A DNA stretch of 64,000 nucleotides from Podarcis pityusensis (Eukaryota): assembly GCA_964106645.2 (NCBI GenBank), contig OZ067039.1, one strand, 5' to 3'. Position numbers and translations under genes: made by a program. Positions 51,701 to 64,000 of this stretch are shown piece by piece. The notes beneath the pieces were generated by a model. It searched no databases and had not been told where the DNA came from. It saw only the letters and a program-made list of their open reading frames with translations. How positions within the stretch are numbered: the first letter of the stretch is position 1; the number at the start of each line of letters is the position of its first letter.

Positions 51701-54700
51701 GCATTTAAAACTCTTCCTCAACTTTGCCTAAGTGGTTTAAGTATTTTTTTTGGGGAAACTTAATCACTGGAAAGCCACATGCTTAAAGGTGTGCATTTGA
51801 TGTGCAGTTTTGTTAAACGATGAAACTCAAAAGCATTAACACGTAAGGTGGCTGGGAAGAAGGTCTGTGCTGTTTGTCATTCACAGCCTTATTAATGTAA
51901 CTAATTTAAAGTAACGATTACCTCCCATTGAACCCCAACTTCACAGGAGTTTTATTTGGCATTTGGCATGATTTTGGCTGATGCAACCACCTTTTGATCA
52001 AATGTGCATGTCCGCACTTTTGTCGGTGCCAGTCTTATTTTCAGGATGGTTTTTAAAAAGCTGGGCCTTGCTAGATAAGCGCAGACAGTCTGGAGTGCCA
52101 GTGACTTGATCGGAAAAGTTTGCAGGTTATGCAAATATGAATTATGCAGATTAGCTGGATGTCCAATTGTTGCAGGCCTTGGAAAGATGCTAGTTGAAAG
52201 AATGGGAACCAAACATATGACCACCTTAATTGCCTAGAATAATATTCCAGCATCCTTGAGGAAACTGAAATAGGTTTAGCAATGGGTTTATGAGCTTTCC
52301 TCTCTTCCTCCCTCCAGCCACACAAGCCATGGAGCATGAGATTCTACTTGCTTGGCATATTCAGGACAATCCTGCTATTTTACTCCTTTTATTTCCTCTC
52401 TCTCTCTCTCTTTGGTCAACTTTTTCTCTTTGAGACTGGCTCAGTGTATGCACAGTTACTTGGGAGTAAGTCACTTTGGATTTGTTGGGGATTCCTCCAG
52501 AGTAGACGGGCATAAAAATAGCACTGTATGTAGCAGCATGTCTTTTTAAGACTGGCAGCCTTGCATATAGTATCCAAGCTTAGTTGAAGCCACTTTTATG
52601 TCAGCTGGGACAATGTTGCCTTAAAGGAGATGACATGTCGAAATGGCAATAGTTACAGGTGCTGATCTGGCTGGTGGCTTTTATTTAACAGGGATGTAAC
52701 AGTTTTCCTAATTAAGGCCCAACTGAGCCCTTCTACACCCCCCCCCCCGCCAAATAGTCAATCTGCTGCTATTTAAAGGAAGGATTTCTGTGCAAGAGAA
52801 AAATCAATGTGTAGTTAGGCAAATTATAGTTTCTTAAGCTAAACCAATATACACAAACTTGTTCTTTTGAATTGAGGTGGGCTTTGTTTTGTTAAATCAC
52901 TGTCCTCGAAAACTCTGAGAAATAGCTTGGTTCTCTCACAAACAATTCAAGCTGCTGTGAAGTTGTCACGTGACACAAACTGCCCGTGCAGCAACGGCAA
53001 ACCATTTTTCAGCTGAGTTACTTCAATTTGATTATTATTGAAACTAAACCATCTTAGTCTCCTATATGATTTTAACGAGCTCTTGGATTGGGGTGTTAGT
53101 CCTGTTTTAATAAGACTAAATTGTCTTATGGTAGTTCAGCTGGGGACTGTGACTTATGAGTGGAAGCCATGATATGTAAACAAGAATAGATTTGGGAGGG
53201 ATCTATAACGGAGGCAAGAGCCTGAGTGGCAGATTAATGATTTCTGCTTTAAAATACTTTAACAGTTGCAATCAATTAAATGTAGGTTTTAATTTCACTC
53301 AGCAGCACCCCCCCTCCAAGAAAGGGCGTTTAGAGTATAACTTACTGTTGTAAACAATGCTTTCTTAAACAGAACCATGTCCCTTCCCTTCAGCAACCAA
53401 ATATTAACAGAAACTAAACTACTATGTGTGCCTTTTCAAAAGTAGGCACCTCCCTTTCAAAAAAGAAAAGAAAAGAAAGCCCCATTTCAATTAACTGGAA
53501 ATCTTTCCTAAAAGTAAAGTATATAGGACTTCAACTTCGTAAAAACTCCACTGCCAAGTGCTTGAACTGATGTATGATTTTGAACGCTATCTTTCTCCAC
53601 GTTTCCAAAGCAACTTCAGAGTTGGTGATACGTAATGTGACAGCATGTTAGTAGAACCATACTGACTTTTCCTAAAGATCTTTGTTTACTACTGAATTTT
53701 ATTTTGGATTTGAATGGCTTCTATTTCCCCACTTTATTGGATTGACACCAGACCATTGTAAGTCTATAGGTTACATTTTTATGGGACCCCTCCACCCTAT
53801 CTCTGCTCTGATAGCTGAATTTGCTCAAGTTTTGCGTTATGGCACAATTACATTATTACTGAGACAATGGCCACAAATCTTAATTCAACTTACTTGATTT
53901 TATGGGGAAGAGAAAACTGCAGTAATATAGCCATTGAAGTAAATGAGAAGTCTTTTTTTCAAATTCTGCAAAGGCTATGAGTTTTTTGCAGCTAACTCAT
54001 CACGAGGAAGCCATTTATGCGCAAGTGTGACCAGGATTAGGGACTAGTTTAGGATATTATTTTTTATCAAAAGGCTCGCCTCTGAAGGGAGATGCATGTG
54101 TTCATCGTCAGCAAATTCACCTCTTTTGCGATATGTTTCAGCAGGAGATCTGCCACTTGGACTATTTGAAATCTACAATTTTTGATGAGGATAGTTGGTT
54201 ACTGCCATGACAGGCTTTTAATTTTTTTTTATTCATTTTATCACATTTTCTGTCATCATTCAAACTAATTTCCAAGTGAAAATTTTGTGATACTTTGGTT
54301 GGTCCTACTTAAAGGTATTGCTGTGGATTTTGGAGATTTATTTTTTTAAAAAACTATTTTTAAAAATTCTTATGGAAGACCCTGCGTCTGGTGAAAATTA
54401 ACAAGGCATTGTAGGGGTTGTGTGTGTCTGAACAGTTAAGCACCCCCAAATTAGTCAACAGTTGGCTCTTAAAGGGAAGTGGAGGAAATGACTCCTTGGG
54501 ATTTTCTGTTCATATTGACTGCAAGGCTTTCAATGTTATCTATGATTAACTTCAAGGTTAGCCACCTTGAACTATTGAGAAAAGGTTGTGTGTTTTAAAG
54601 CAAGCAAGCTTCCATATGTGCAGTATCAAAACTGACTTGGGGGGGGGGACACTATAACACCCCTAAAACATTTTCAGCCTCAGACAGTGCAGACATACAT

Positions 54701-56453
54701 ATCTGCTCAGAAGTAAGCCTTGTTGCATTCAGTGGTATTTATTCCTCAATAAGTGTGTACTGAATTACACCTTAATTTCTGAGTTAAAATGTTAACAGTA
54801 ATCTCAAATGGAAATGCTCCTGAGATCTAAACAGCAGCATTATCTCTAACTTTGCTTAGGCAAAGGCAGCAAGCAACTCTATATATGGCTCTTGAGTTAG
54901 CAACAGCTAAACAGGGTAAAACTGCGAAGAGAAAGTGTTCAATATCTGCAGCATCTCTTTAGCTATTTTTGGAAAAGTTTGATCCTTAATAGCATCCATA
55001 GCATTTTAAAAAGAACTATGTGTGGCTGGCTAAAGAACTGGCTGTCATGGTTTTATTAGCAAAATTATGTTAAAGCATCTTGAGTTCTGTATTAAATTAG
55101 CGACCTAAATTAGACTGTAAAATGGTTGATTAATCCTTCCCATGTAAAGAATGGGTACGCAGCTAATTGCAAATGAGATTCCCAGATCCAGTAAGTGGAA
55201 TAAGTCAATATTTAAGAGAACACTTTGCTTTAGGGATGGGATTGCCTGCACTAGCAGAACCACACTACTTACGCTTAAATGATTCACCAGAATAAAATGC
55301 CTCTTGTTTTAATTAATGTATCTATTAGTCTAAGGCCAATTCAGCAGACATGCAAGCAGTTTTCCTCCTGGAAAAAACTACTTCTGTGAAGCTAGTAATT
55401 ATGCAGTTACAGATATGGGGCTCCAAGCAAAGATCATGGTGATTATAATAATCTTAAGACTATGAGGTATCTATTTTGGATTTGGCTTATTTCAGAACAT
55501 GGAGCATAGTGGGACCTCTGAAGAACATCCTGTGGTATTCTGACAAATGTTGTTATGAAGTTGTGCAAGCCTAAGCACATTTACGGAGTTAATTAAACTG
55601 AAGTTGCAGTCCTAAATGTGCTTACCTAGGATTAAGCCCTACTGATCTTGACCTGTGTGGATTGTGGTGCTACTCTACTAAGTGTGTTTAGGATTGCATG
55701 GATGTTCAAAGGTGATCCCTGCTGTGCTCATTTGTACCTATCCCAGATAAGTGAACATGTGTTTCCAAGCAAGAAATTTCAGACCCGAATGCATTTTTGT
55801 ATTCTGACTTGTGCACAACTTTAGTCTGAATCGGTTAAATGGTAAAACACACACCCCTACCTTTATTTTGCATTTGTAATATGTACGCAATTGCTAAACT
55901 AGAATAATTTTGTTTTTGATCTTAAAATCTTATGCCACCCCGATCTCTCTCTGCTCAGTTGTTTGTAATGGGAAGAGATTGCTGAACTTTACACTTCAGG
56001 CAATGATTCTAGTGCAAGTTTCTTTTTGAAAATATGTCTGCTTTTGTTGCACAACTCCAAAAAAAAAAAAACAACAACAAAAAAAACAAAAACAAACCCA
56101 ACAAAAAACAACAACCAGCCGCCTGATAGCTGAAGGTCTTTGGAACATACTATTTCTGTTTAGTGGCTTCAAACAGAAATGTTTCGGCAGGAAAGGAAAG
56201 GAAACTGGATCCAGCTATTAATGCTAAATAGTTACAAGCACTAGAGTTCCTGGGTTTTCTCTCTCTCTTCGGCACTGACTCTGGAATCCTTGTGGACAAA
56301 AGCTGAGTGGGAGAAAATGGCCCTTTTTGCAGCCAAGCTTGAAGGATGCAATCACTTTCTTTATGCAATCAAAGGCTTCTTAAAACCTTCAGAATAACTT
56401 TCCTGGTATTTGAACAATGCTTTCAACCTAACTTCCCCATCGCTATGTTACCC

Positions 56454-56508
56454 TAAGATAAGATAAGATAAGATAAGATAAGATAAGATAAGATAAGATG
56501 ATAAGATA
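56454..56508. repeat. (TAAGA)n pentanucleotide microsatellite
   Basis: Read directly from sequence. Confidence 0.95.
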
Positions 56509-58029
56509 ATTTTTTTGGGGGGTGGCAGCAGTTGTGAAAATTGGAGATGTGGGTAACTTTCTGAAATATGCACACACACAGTCTACCAACCTCTTACCAA
56601 ACTTGTGAGTGCAAGTTTTTGCACTGTGAAAATGGCTAATGTGCAATGCTGTTTGGCCTTTTAAGAGTATAGCAAACTACACAATCTGTACATCTTGAGA
56701 ATTTTTGTACCAAATGGTGTAAACTTTGAGGGAAGGTTGTCTGTGTGTGTCCTTATGTGCGGCTGCGTGGTTTCTGGTTTTTGGGCCTTGTGCCTCTCCT
56801 TATCTGTTTAGAAATTGGAAATTCTTTCTACTTACTGTAGATAGAAATGTCTGGCTGTGGAAGCAGGGCCTAGAATGCCGATGCTTGATTCCTAATGAGT
56901 AAAAACAACAACACCTAGACATTGACTTCTGAGAACTGCCAAATTTTAGTCAAATGCTAAAGCAAGAACATATGATAAGATAAAGTATCCCAGTAGTCTT
57001 TGGTCAAATGTTGGATGCCATTTTTCAGTAACGGGAATTGATCCTGTCTGCCTTCCTATCGTGCTTGTTAGATTTTCCATATGGCTCCCAGGTTGATTAG
57101 CAAATATGTGGGAGAGAATGGAAAAGAGCTCATTGTTCTCCGTGTTGGATGCTTTGCTGAAGTTGTGACCCTTATGACTTATAAAACTCCTGGTGTCCTA
57201 AGCTAGTCCCACCCTCCAATACTGAGATTCTTTAGTAGGAGGCAAGCATTCTTTGGGGGTGGAGAGAACTGCCCCTCCTCCCCTGCGTCCAAATGAAGGT
57301 TGCTTGTGCATCTTAGACAAATAGAAGAAGGGCCCAGAGACTTGGGTTTTATACACACTATACCTTTAAAGCACATTCTTTCCCTCAAAGAATTATGGGT
57401 GCTGTAGTTTATCTACCACAGAGTTACAATTCACAGCAACCCTTAACAAACTACAATTCCCAGTTATATTTTTTTAAAGAGAAATGTGCTGCTAATGTGT
57501 TTTCAAGTTATAGTGTCTTCACAACATTAGTTGTAGACCTGTATTTTTTTCTCCACCGCAATTAATTCCATAGGGAACCTTCTGTTGTCACATTTCTGGT
57601 GGCAATGGTAACTTTCCACCCCCCCCCCCTTTGAGAATTCTGAACGTACTACCCTTTCCTACTTTAAACCTTGGTCTAGTAAGCTAAGTCTGTGGACGGA
57701 TACATGCTTGCAGAGTTGTATTTGTACACACTGTCTGTTCCTCGATTTGGGAAGACTGGTAGTGGTAGCCATGAAGCACCCCTGTTCTCAGTGTATTGGG
57801 CTGGAGATTAATATGGTGTCAGACTGGTAGGATGCTGACATATCACATCGGGGAAAAACCTATCAATTACTCCCTTGAAATCTGGCAACATGAACTCTGG
57901 GGCTGCTTCTGGGATTGGTGCTTAGATAACATTGGGACCTATAATTAATTGATGTACATGTTTGTTAAGCCCTTGGTCTGGGAATAAAACCACAGAAGGA
58001 ACTTGGTATAAGAATGCTTTGTAAAAGAA

Positions 58030-58075
58030 TTGAGGGTTTGTTTGCCACCCTGGGCTCCTTTGGGAGGAAAGGCAG

Positions 58076-58114
<39 letters not shown>
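58030..58114 (+). mobile_element. L2-like 3' tail ending in (AAT)n
   Basis: gccaccctgggctcctttgggaggaaaggcagtataa + (taa)n, the same layout as the L2 tail at 62865-62930. Confidence 0.6.
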
Positions 58115-58115
<1 letters not shown>

Positions 58116-59349
58116 GATTTCTTATAACAGCTCCCCCATCCAAAAAATAATAATAATACTTGAACTGAAAAGCTGGCCTTCTTCATTTTTGAAAAATGAT
58201 TGAGTGGAATTGTAGACACTGTTTTAACATTCCGAACTTTGTCCAACTCTGTTCCCTGAAACAAACCGTAGAGCAAAGTTTTGTATCTGATTTCATGCTG
58301 CATCAGCTTCAGGGGCTCTTCACTTCTACTTCAGAATATACTTACAGCCTCTTGAATGAATGAAGCTCTTTGGAGACAAGAGCCTAGCACAATTCAAGAT
58401 GGGGGTCTCCCTACTCTTTTTCATCCACTCTCCAAGGCACATAATGCCTTCCAGTTTGATTCCAGCAGGCCCCAAATCACAAGGTCTTAGTCGCAGCATG
58501 AAGTTATGAGGAAAATGGCCCCCAAAGGAGGGACGGGCTCTTGTGATCCATCAGCAAGGCCCTTGTGTTTCTCTGGGAGCCTTCCTTCAGATTGCAACAG
58601 GAGCGTTGAGTTGTTCAGACAGATGGCAAAGATTATTTCGTGTTGCTGAGATTTCAGTGCACTACTGTTTCAAGCATGTCTCCCAGTGCGGCGCAAATGA
58701 TGCGTTCTTCCCAGCATGGCGCTGACGGGAACTGCTTTGTCTTCCCTGATCATGTTTCACAGCCTCACCTGTTGAGGAGTTGATTCTTCCCACCCCAACC
58801 CCCCACCCCCGAAGTTGAGCATGCGCCGGAGCGGACATATTTGGCTGGTGAGTCCACCCATGGCTCTGACTTGTGGTGAGACTCTGGGGCCGTCAGTGAA
58901 ATGGAACGTTGCTGAGTAGCGTAAAAAAGTGATGATGAAAACTTTCTGTGTAGGCTTTTCTCTTGGTGGTTCAGGGATAGTAGCTCTTTATTAGAGACCC
59001 ATGTTTCCCAACTCTTGCTCTTTAGCAGACCTGTTATTAAGAGCGGAAAATGGGCATTCTTATTTGGCCTATTCAGGCATGAGCAGAAGCTAAATAACTT
59101 TTTCTTTGGGTCCGTCTCAGCTGCTGCATTTGTCAAATCTGGATGTCTGTATTATGTGCCATTTCTGAATAACATGCTCAAATAATGAAGGTGTGTATTC
59201 ATGTGTACAACTGCCATCCTAATTCCCTTCACCTTGCAGCTATAGTTCAGATTTTAGAACCAGTTGTGTGGCACTTTCAAGACCTTAACAGGCCAGTTCT
59301 GATGGCTTGTGAAGCAAGCCTATGTGTTTGTGTAGTCTATCGTACTCTG

Positions 59350-59550
59350 GGCCAGTCCACCCATGAGGCAAGGTGAGGTGACCACCTCAGGTGGCAGGAT
59401 CCACAGGGGCAGCAGAACACAATGTAGAGCCTTATTCCCACCCCCTCTTGCATCTGATGTAGATCTTAACTCATCCCTTCTTCCTTGGTGGGGAGGGAGG
59501 CACCATTTTGTTGTTCTCTTCAGGTGCCAAAAGGTCTCAGGCTGTTCCTA
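59350..59550. mobile_element. Degenerate hAT-like MITE
   Basis: Ends gggccagtcc ... ggctgttccta, with subterminal cctcaggtggca / ttcaggtgccaaaa motifs typical of this element type. No TSD confirmed. Confidence 0.4.
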
Positions 59551-62432
59551 GATGCTCTTTATTTTGAGAGATTGTACACTTACAAGAAGTGACTGGGTAT
59601 GTATGCTGCTAACAAAGCCCTCTCCTCCGTCAAAATGGCTGCATTCATCTACATCTTGGGGATTACTGCGTTCATACACACGTACATTTCTGTGAGCATG
59701 AGAGGCCACCTGTGCTGAAAATGCTGGCTGTATCCAAGAATGCCATCAAGGCCTGCACATCTTTCAGTCCAGCAACTGTGTGAAATGTCCAGCTTGCCCT
59801 TTTAGATGGAAGGCTAAAATGAGAAACTTAAATCTCCTGTACTGGATTTAGCGCCTGGACATTCTGCTTTGCAGCTTCCGATAGTTAGTGCTGAAAGATA
59901 ACCAACATCCTTGCTCTTTTGTTGTTGTCGAGGACTGGTGATCAGTGAGTCAAAGGGATAATAAATAGGCCAGAGCTCTGCTGGGTAGCAAACCATATGG
60001 CCTCAAAGCACAACAAATTCCAGGTCCCATATATTCCTGTAGCCTAATTACAGGGTTGGAAAGCAACCAAGGCTGCTACCTGTTGTCACTGTGTGGTGTC
60101 TGAAATGATTGAGGAGCTCTGTTGCTCTGTTGTGTGATGTTTGCACTCTCAGCACCGAGTTCTGCTGCCCTCGAAACAATTTAATGCTGGGCTCAGTTTC
60201 CCGGGTTTAATGTGTTGTATCTGGCCTTAAAAAATATTTTAAAATCCTTGTGCCAAGAAACATGAGCTTCTTTGACTAGCGCTCGTTATATATAATGTGT
60301 GCTGCATGCTGCCTCATTAAGAAATGGGGAAATCATTTTGTCAACTGAAGTGATGACTGCAATGTATATGTACATGAAATTGCTTGCCAGTTCTCCGGAT
60401 TGTCAAACAGATTTGAAAGCCAATAACAGGCCAGCAGCCCCATGACTGGAGAGATCAGGCTTGCTTTGGCTGCATCAGTCACTGACATCCACTTGGCCAC
60501 CCTTGTGTGTAATGCTAAAAGAAAAGAAAAAAGAAAAAAGGTACTTATGTTTTGGGGCAATGCGTAGGAGGGTGAAACCTCTCCCATTTGCTTGAGGACA
60601 AAAAGAGCAGCTGAGAGCAGCTCTTTCAAACAAGATCCAGTGGAATATATAAATGCATTAATATCAATCACCAGCAAAAAATTAGTTGCATAAATGGCTG
60701 TCAGAGATGAATGAGATTACTTGCTGCTTTTTGTTTTAAGCAGCAAATCAAACTTAGCATCTTAACTGCTGCCTTGGAGGTGGGGAAGCTGTTCAAAAGG
60801 TTTGACTTGATTCCTGACAATTAATCACTGGCTTTACCCCCAAATACGGCTGGGTGATACATTGATATACCATCCAAAACTGGTTTGAAATCCATATCGT
60901 GAGATCTGTTTCATAGTTCTTGACCTGGCAATATATTGTGAATCATGGTGTATGTGTGTGCTATGCAAAAATCACAACATGGGAAAAACCCTTCTCCAAG
61001 GTCAGGAAGTCTGTGCCCTTCCAGATATTGCTGGACTACATCTCCCATCATCACTGACTGTTCGCCAACATAGGATTTGAGTCCAAAAACATCTGGAGGA
61101 CCTTGCAGTACCCAAATTTGAAATACATATCTAGTGTGGTGTTTGGAGGTGAGAGAAAGTGGTGGGGAGGCATGAAGGATGGAAATGCAGTTGGGAGTGT
61201 AAGCAAAAAAACAATAAAAGCCTGGTTAGTAAAAGATGGATTTGTTACTAATTTCTCATTCTTGGCGATGACATTCTGTCTTCTGCTGAAATGTGTTTTC
61301 TCAAGTCAGGCTTTTTGGCTCCAATTATCTCGAGAGAAGAGGAAATCTCTCATTGGATTATTTGTGAAGTGAACACACCAAATTAGAACAGTAGAAAAAG
61401 CAAGCCCTGCAGCTGTGGTTCCTTGCAATGTATTGTTTATATTGATTTATGCATATGCAAGCAACGTTGGGCAGCTGACCACAAGTGCTGGGACCAAAGA
61501 AGGTTTATTTCTTATTTAAACATCCATAACAAAGCATCATTTTGCAAACTGTCATAAGCCCAAACAAATTCTCTTCCCATCACTTCTCGTTTCCCAGAAA
61601 ATTTCCCAGAAAACAGTGCTCCAACTTTGCTTTATAGGAACTTCCGTATCTTAGGATGTTGCACCCCTGATTCATGACTTGTGTTGTAATCCTTTTACCA
61701 TTTTACCTGCAATCCTTCCATTTCCACCATCTAAACATTCTGTAGATCTGACTGGGAATGTCTCAGCACAGTCTGACGAACGAAAACAGGAAATGTGGGT
61801 TTGGGGTTTGGGGGGGGGGAGAAAGAACAGTTACCTGGAATATTGAAGTCCCCTCATTAGAAGTTGTAGTTTCTGGGTGGAACCCAGTATCATATGAATG
61901 GACTTCCACTTGCACAGTGAGATTCACCCTCTTGTTCTGCCCCCTGTGTAGAGGGGACTTTTGGGGCCATTTGGGGGACTCCAGGGGTAGAAGAGGACAG
62001 TAAAAGTTCTGTTCTGCATTCACATGGACAGCTTGGGATGCAACCCTATAGTGAAGATGTTAGGAGATGTGAGCTAATGGCTGAACTTGTTAGTGCATCC
62101 TTCAGGCAGGAAGACTGAATCTCTGGCATCTGCTTGAAGGAGGAAAGTTGGGTGCTGGTGCTGGTGGAGCTGGCATGGGGAGAATAGCTGGCATATCACT
62201 TGTCTTTTCTCTTAATATAATAATCTGCTTAAGTGTTAGGCACAGATGTGGTGGAGGAAATTCTGATCTCTTTCCATTTATACGTCTTAACCATCATCTA
62301 GATGGTGTTTGGCTGATCTTTGTTGGGGAGGGTGGGGTGTGGAGCCAGAGGGCGATGACTAGTCAGAAAGAGGACCAGGCATTGATAAAAGTGGGAAAGC
62401 AGGCTAGTATTTCACTCCATGCCTTGATGTGG

Positions 62433-62930
62433 CTAATCCAGAATGCGGCAGCTAGACTGGTGACTGTGAGTGACCTCCGAGACCACATAACACTGGTCCT
62501 GAAAGACCTGCATTGGCTCCCAGTACGTTTCCTTGCACAATTCAAAGTGTTGGTGCTGACCTTTAAAACCCTAAATGGCCTCGGCCCAGTATACCTGAAG
62601 GAGTGTCTCCACCCCCATCGTTCTGCCCGGACACTGAGGTCCAGCGCCAAGGGCCTTCTGGCAGTTCCCTCACTGTGAGAAGTGAAGTTACAAAGAACTA
62701 GGCAAGGGCCTTCTTGGTAGTGGCACCCACCCTGTGGAATGCCCTCCCATCAGATGTGAAAGAAATAAGCAACTATCGGACTTTTAGAAGACATCTGAAG
62801 ACAGCCCTGTTTAGGGAAGTTTTTAATATTGGATGAATTATTGTATTTTAATCTTGTGTTGGAAGCCACCCAGAGTGGCTGGGGAAACCCAGCCAGATGG
62901 GCAGGGTATAAATAAATTATTATTATTATT
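62433..62930 (+). mobile_element. 5'-truncated L2 LINE
   Basis: LIQNAAARLVT...DHITLVLKDLHWLPVRFLAQFKVLVLTFKTLNGLGPVYLKE (L2 ORF2 C-terminus), a 3' stem-loop region and a (tat)n tail. Confidence 0.93.
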
Positions 62931-62941
62931 TTATTTTGTTT

Positions 62942-62978
62942 TGTCATGTCATGTCATGTCATGTCATGTCATGTCATG
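62942..62978. repeat. (TGTCA)n microsatellite
   Basis: Read directly from sequence. Confidence 0.95.
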
Positions 62979-63056
62979 CCAACTGATGGGGCAGGGAACT
63001 CTTTGTGTTCTTCCATGGTTGCTCAGGACTGTCTCCTGTATTCCCTGGGTTTGCAG

Positions 63057-63194
63057 CAGGGTGTAGCCAATGTGAAGCCCTCCAGCTTTTGTGGACTACA
63101 ACTTCCACCCTTCCTCACTATTGGCTGTGGTGTGGTTGGGGATGATGGGAATTTTAGTCCAAACATATGGAGCACACTGTGTTGGCTACTCCTG
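63057..63194. mobile_element. Short palindromic hAT MITE (related remnants at ~34260-34362, ~61000-61105, ~63330-63450)
   Basis: TIR-like cagggtgtagccaa / ttggctactcctg, degenerate TSD gtttgcag/gtttgtaa, and an internal ggactacaac...gtccaaacat palindrome. Confidence 0.7.
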
Positions 63195-64000
63195 GTTTGT
63201 AAGTGAGGTGCGGACCTTTCCATTGATGCTTTTTGTAGCTGCATGATTTTTGACTATTTGTATTGTGGCTGTTTGCTGGCTTTGTAAATTTCAAGGAATT
63301 TGGAAATGGCTTGTTCATATGGTTTATGCCAAGAGTTGGGAACCTGTAGCCATCCAGAGAATGAATGCTGTCTGCAGTGAACATGACAAGTGGCTGGGGA
63401 TTATGAGGATTATTGTCCAACAACATCTGGCCACAGTTCTCCATCCTTTCCTCAAGTGGTCTTGCATCTTCTCCAGGGGTTTTACCAAGGCTAGCATAGC
63501 AGGGTTGTATTTTTATTTTTTGGATGGGGGAGTATATGGAATATTCCCTTAGTGCTGTTCCTTCCATCAGCAAATATTTCACTCCCCCCCCACAGACCGT
63601 GGAGCACACTGTATGATTGGGAAGGAGACACAAACATCTCTCATCCACCTGCCAGCTTGTCTAATGCTAAGCTGTTAGCCACTGGATTCAGGATACAAAG
63701 AGTGCTTGTGTGTACTGGCACATCCCAAGTATTGAAGGCCATTCCTTGTTTAGAGTCTGTTGGCACACACTTAAGAGCACCTCAGGATGCTTCCACATAG
63801 CCTTCTCTCCCTCGCCCCTCTGCATATAGAGCCCATCCTGCACCTTCAACCTGTGAATCTAGCTATTGGCACCATTCACTTAACTGGTTTATTCCAGAGA
63901 ATCCCAATGACGTTCCTGTCTCAAACTGTTGCACTCACACTTTCCCAACATGTCACTCTATTAAAAAAAAATAAAAAGTGGCAGGTTCAGATTGCTTTTG

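Noticed and set aside
62148-62678. 176-aa ORF
   Set aside because: The C-terminal half is L2 ORF2 and the N-terminal half is chance open sequence; not a host gene.

Overview
Vertebrate genomic DNA, most likely a squamate (lacertid-like lizard, inferred from its repeats: Squam3-like SINE, tRNA-Lys-derived SINE with a CR1 tail, and lizard-type CR1/L2/L1 and hAT/mariner MITEs). The window holds the 3' part of COX10 (heme O synthase, + strand): penultimate coding exon 14649-14881 and last coding exon 26504-26910. About 21 kb downstream on the same strand are the promoter and first coding exon (48121-48701) of HS3ST3B1 (heparan sulfate 3-O-sulfotransferase 3B1), whose second exon lies beyond the window. 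This COX10-HS3ST3B1 order matches human 17p12. The rest is intron and intergenic DNA with many transposon relics and microsatellites. I found no new protein-coding gene or multi-gene system. The best leads are regulatory or structural: (1) a strong-Kozak uORF overlapping the HS3ST3B1 start codon; (2) a ~12 kb CpG-retaining domain around HS3ST3B1; (3) a polyacidic insert in the HS3ST3B1 stem; (4) an LTR-like element whose ORF has an RRS-A-(R/H)-L motif resembling nucleosome-binding peptides; (5) an unexplained ~165-bp direct repeat and a ~210-bp hairpin downstream of the COX10 stop; (6) a possible convergent CTCF pair. All homology calls are by eye or from memory; no searches were run.
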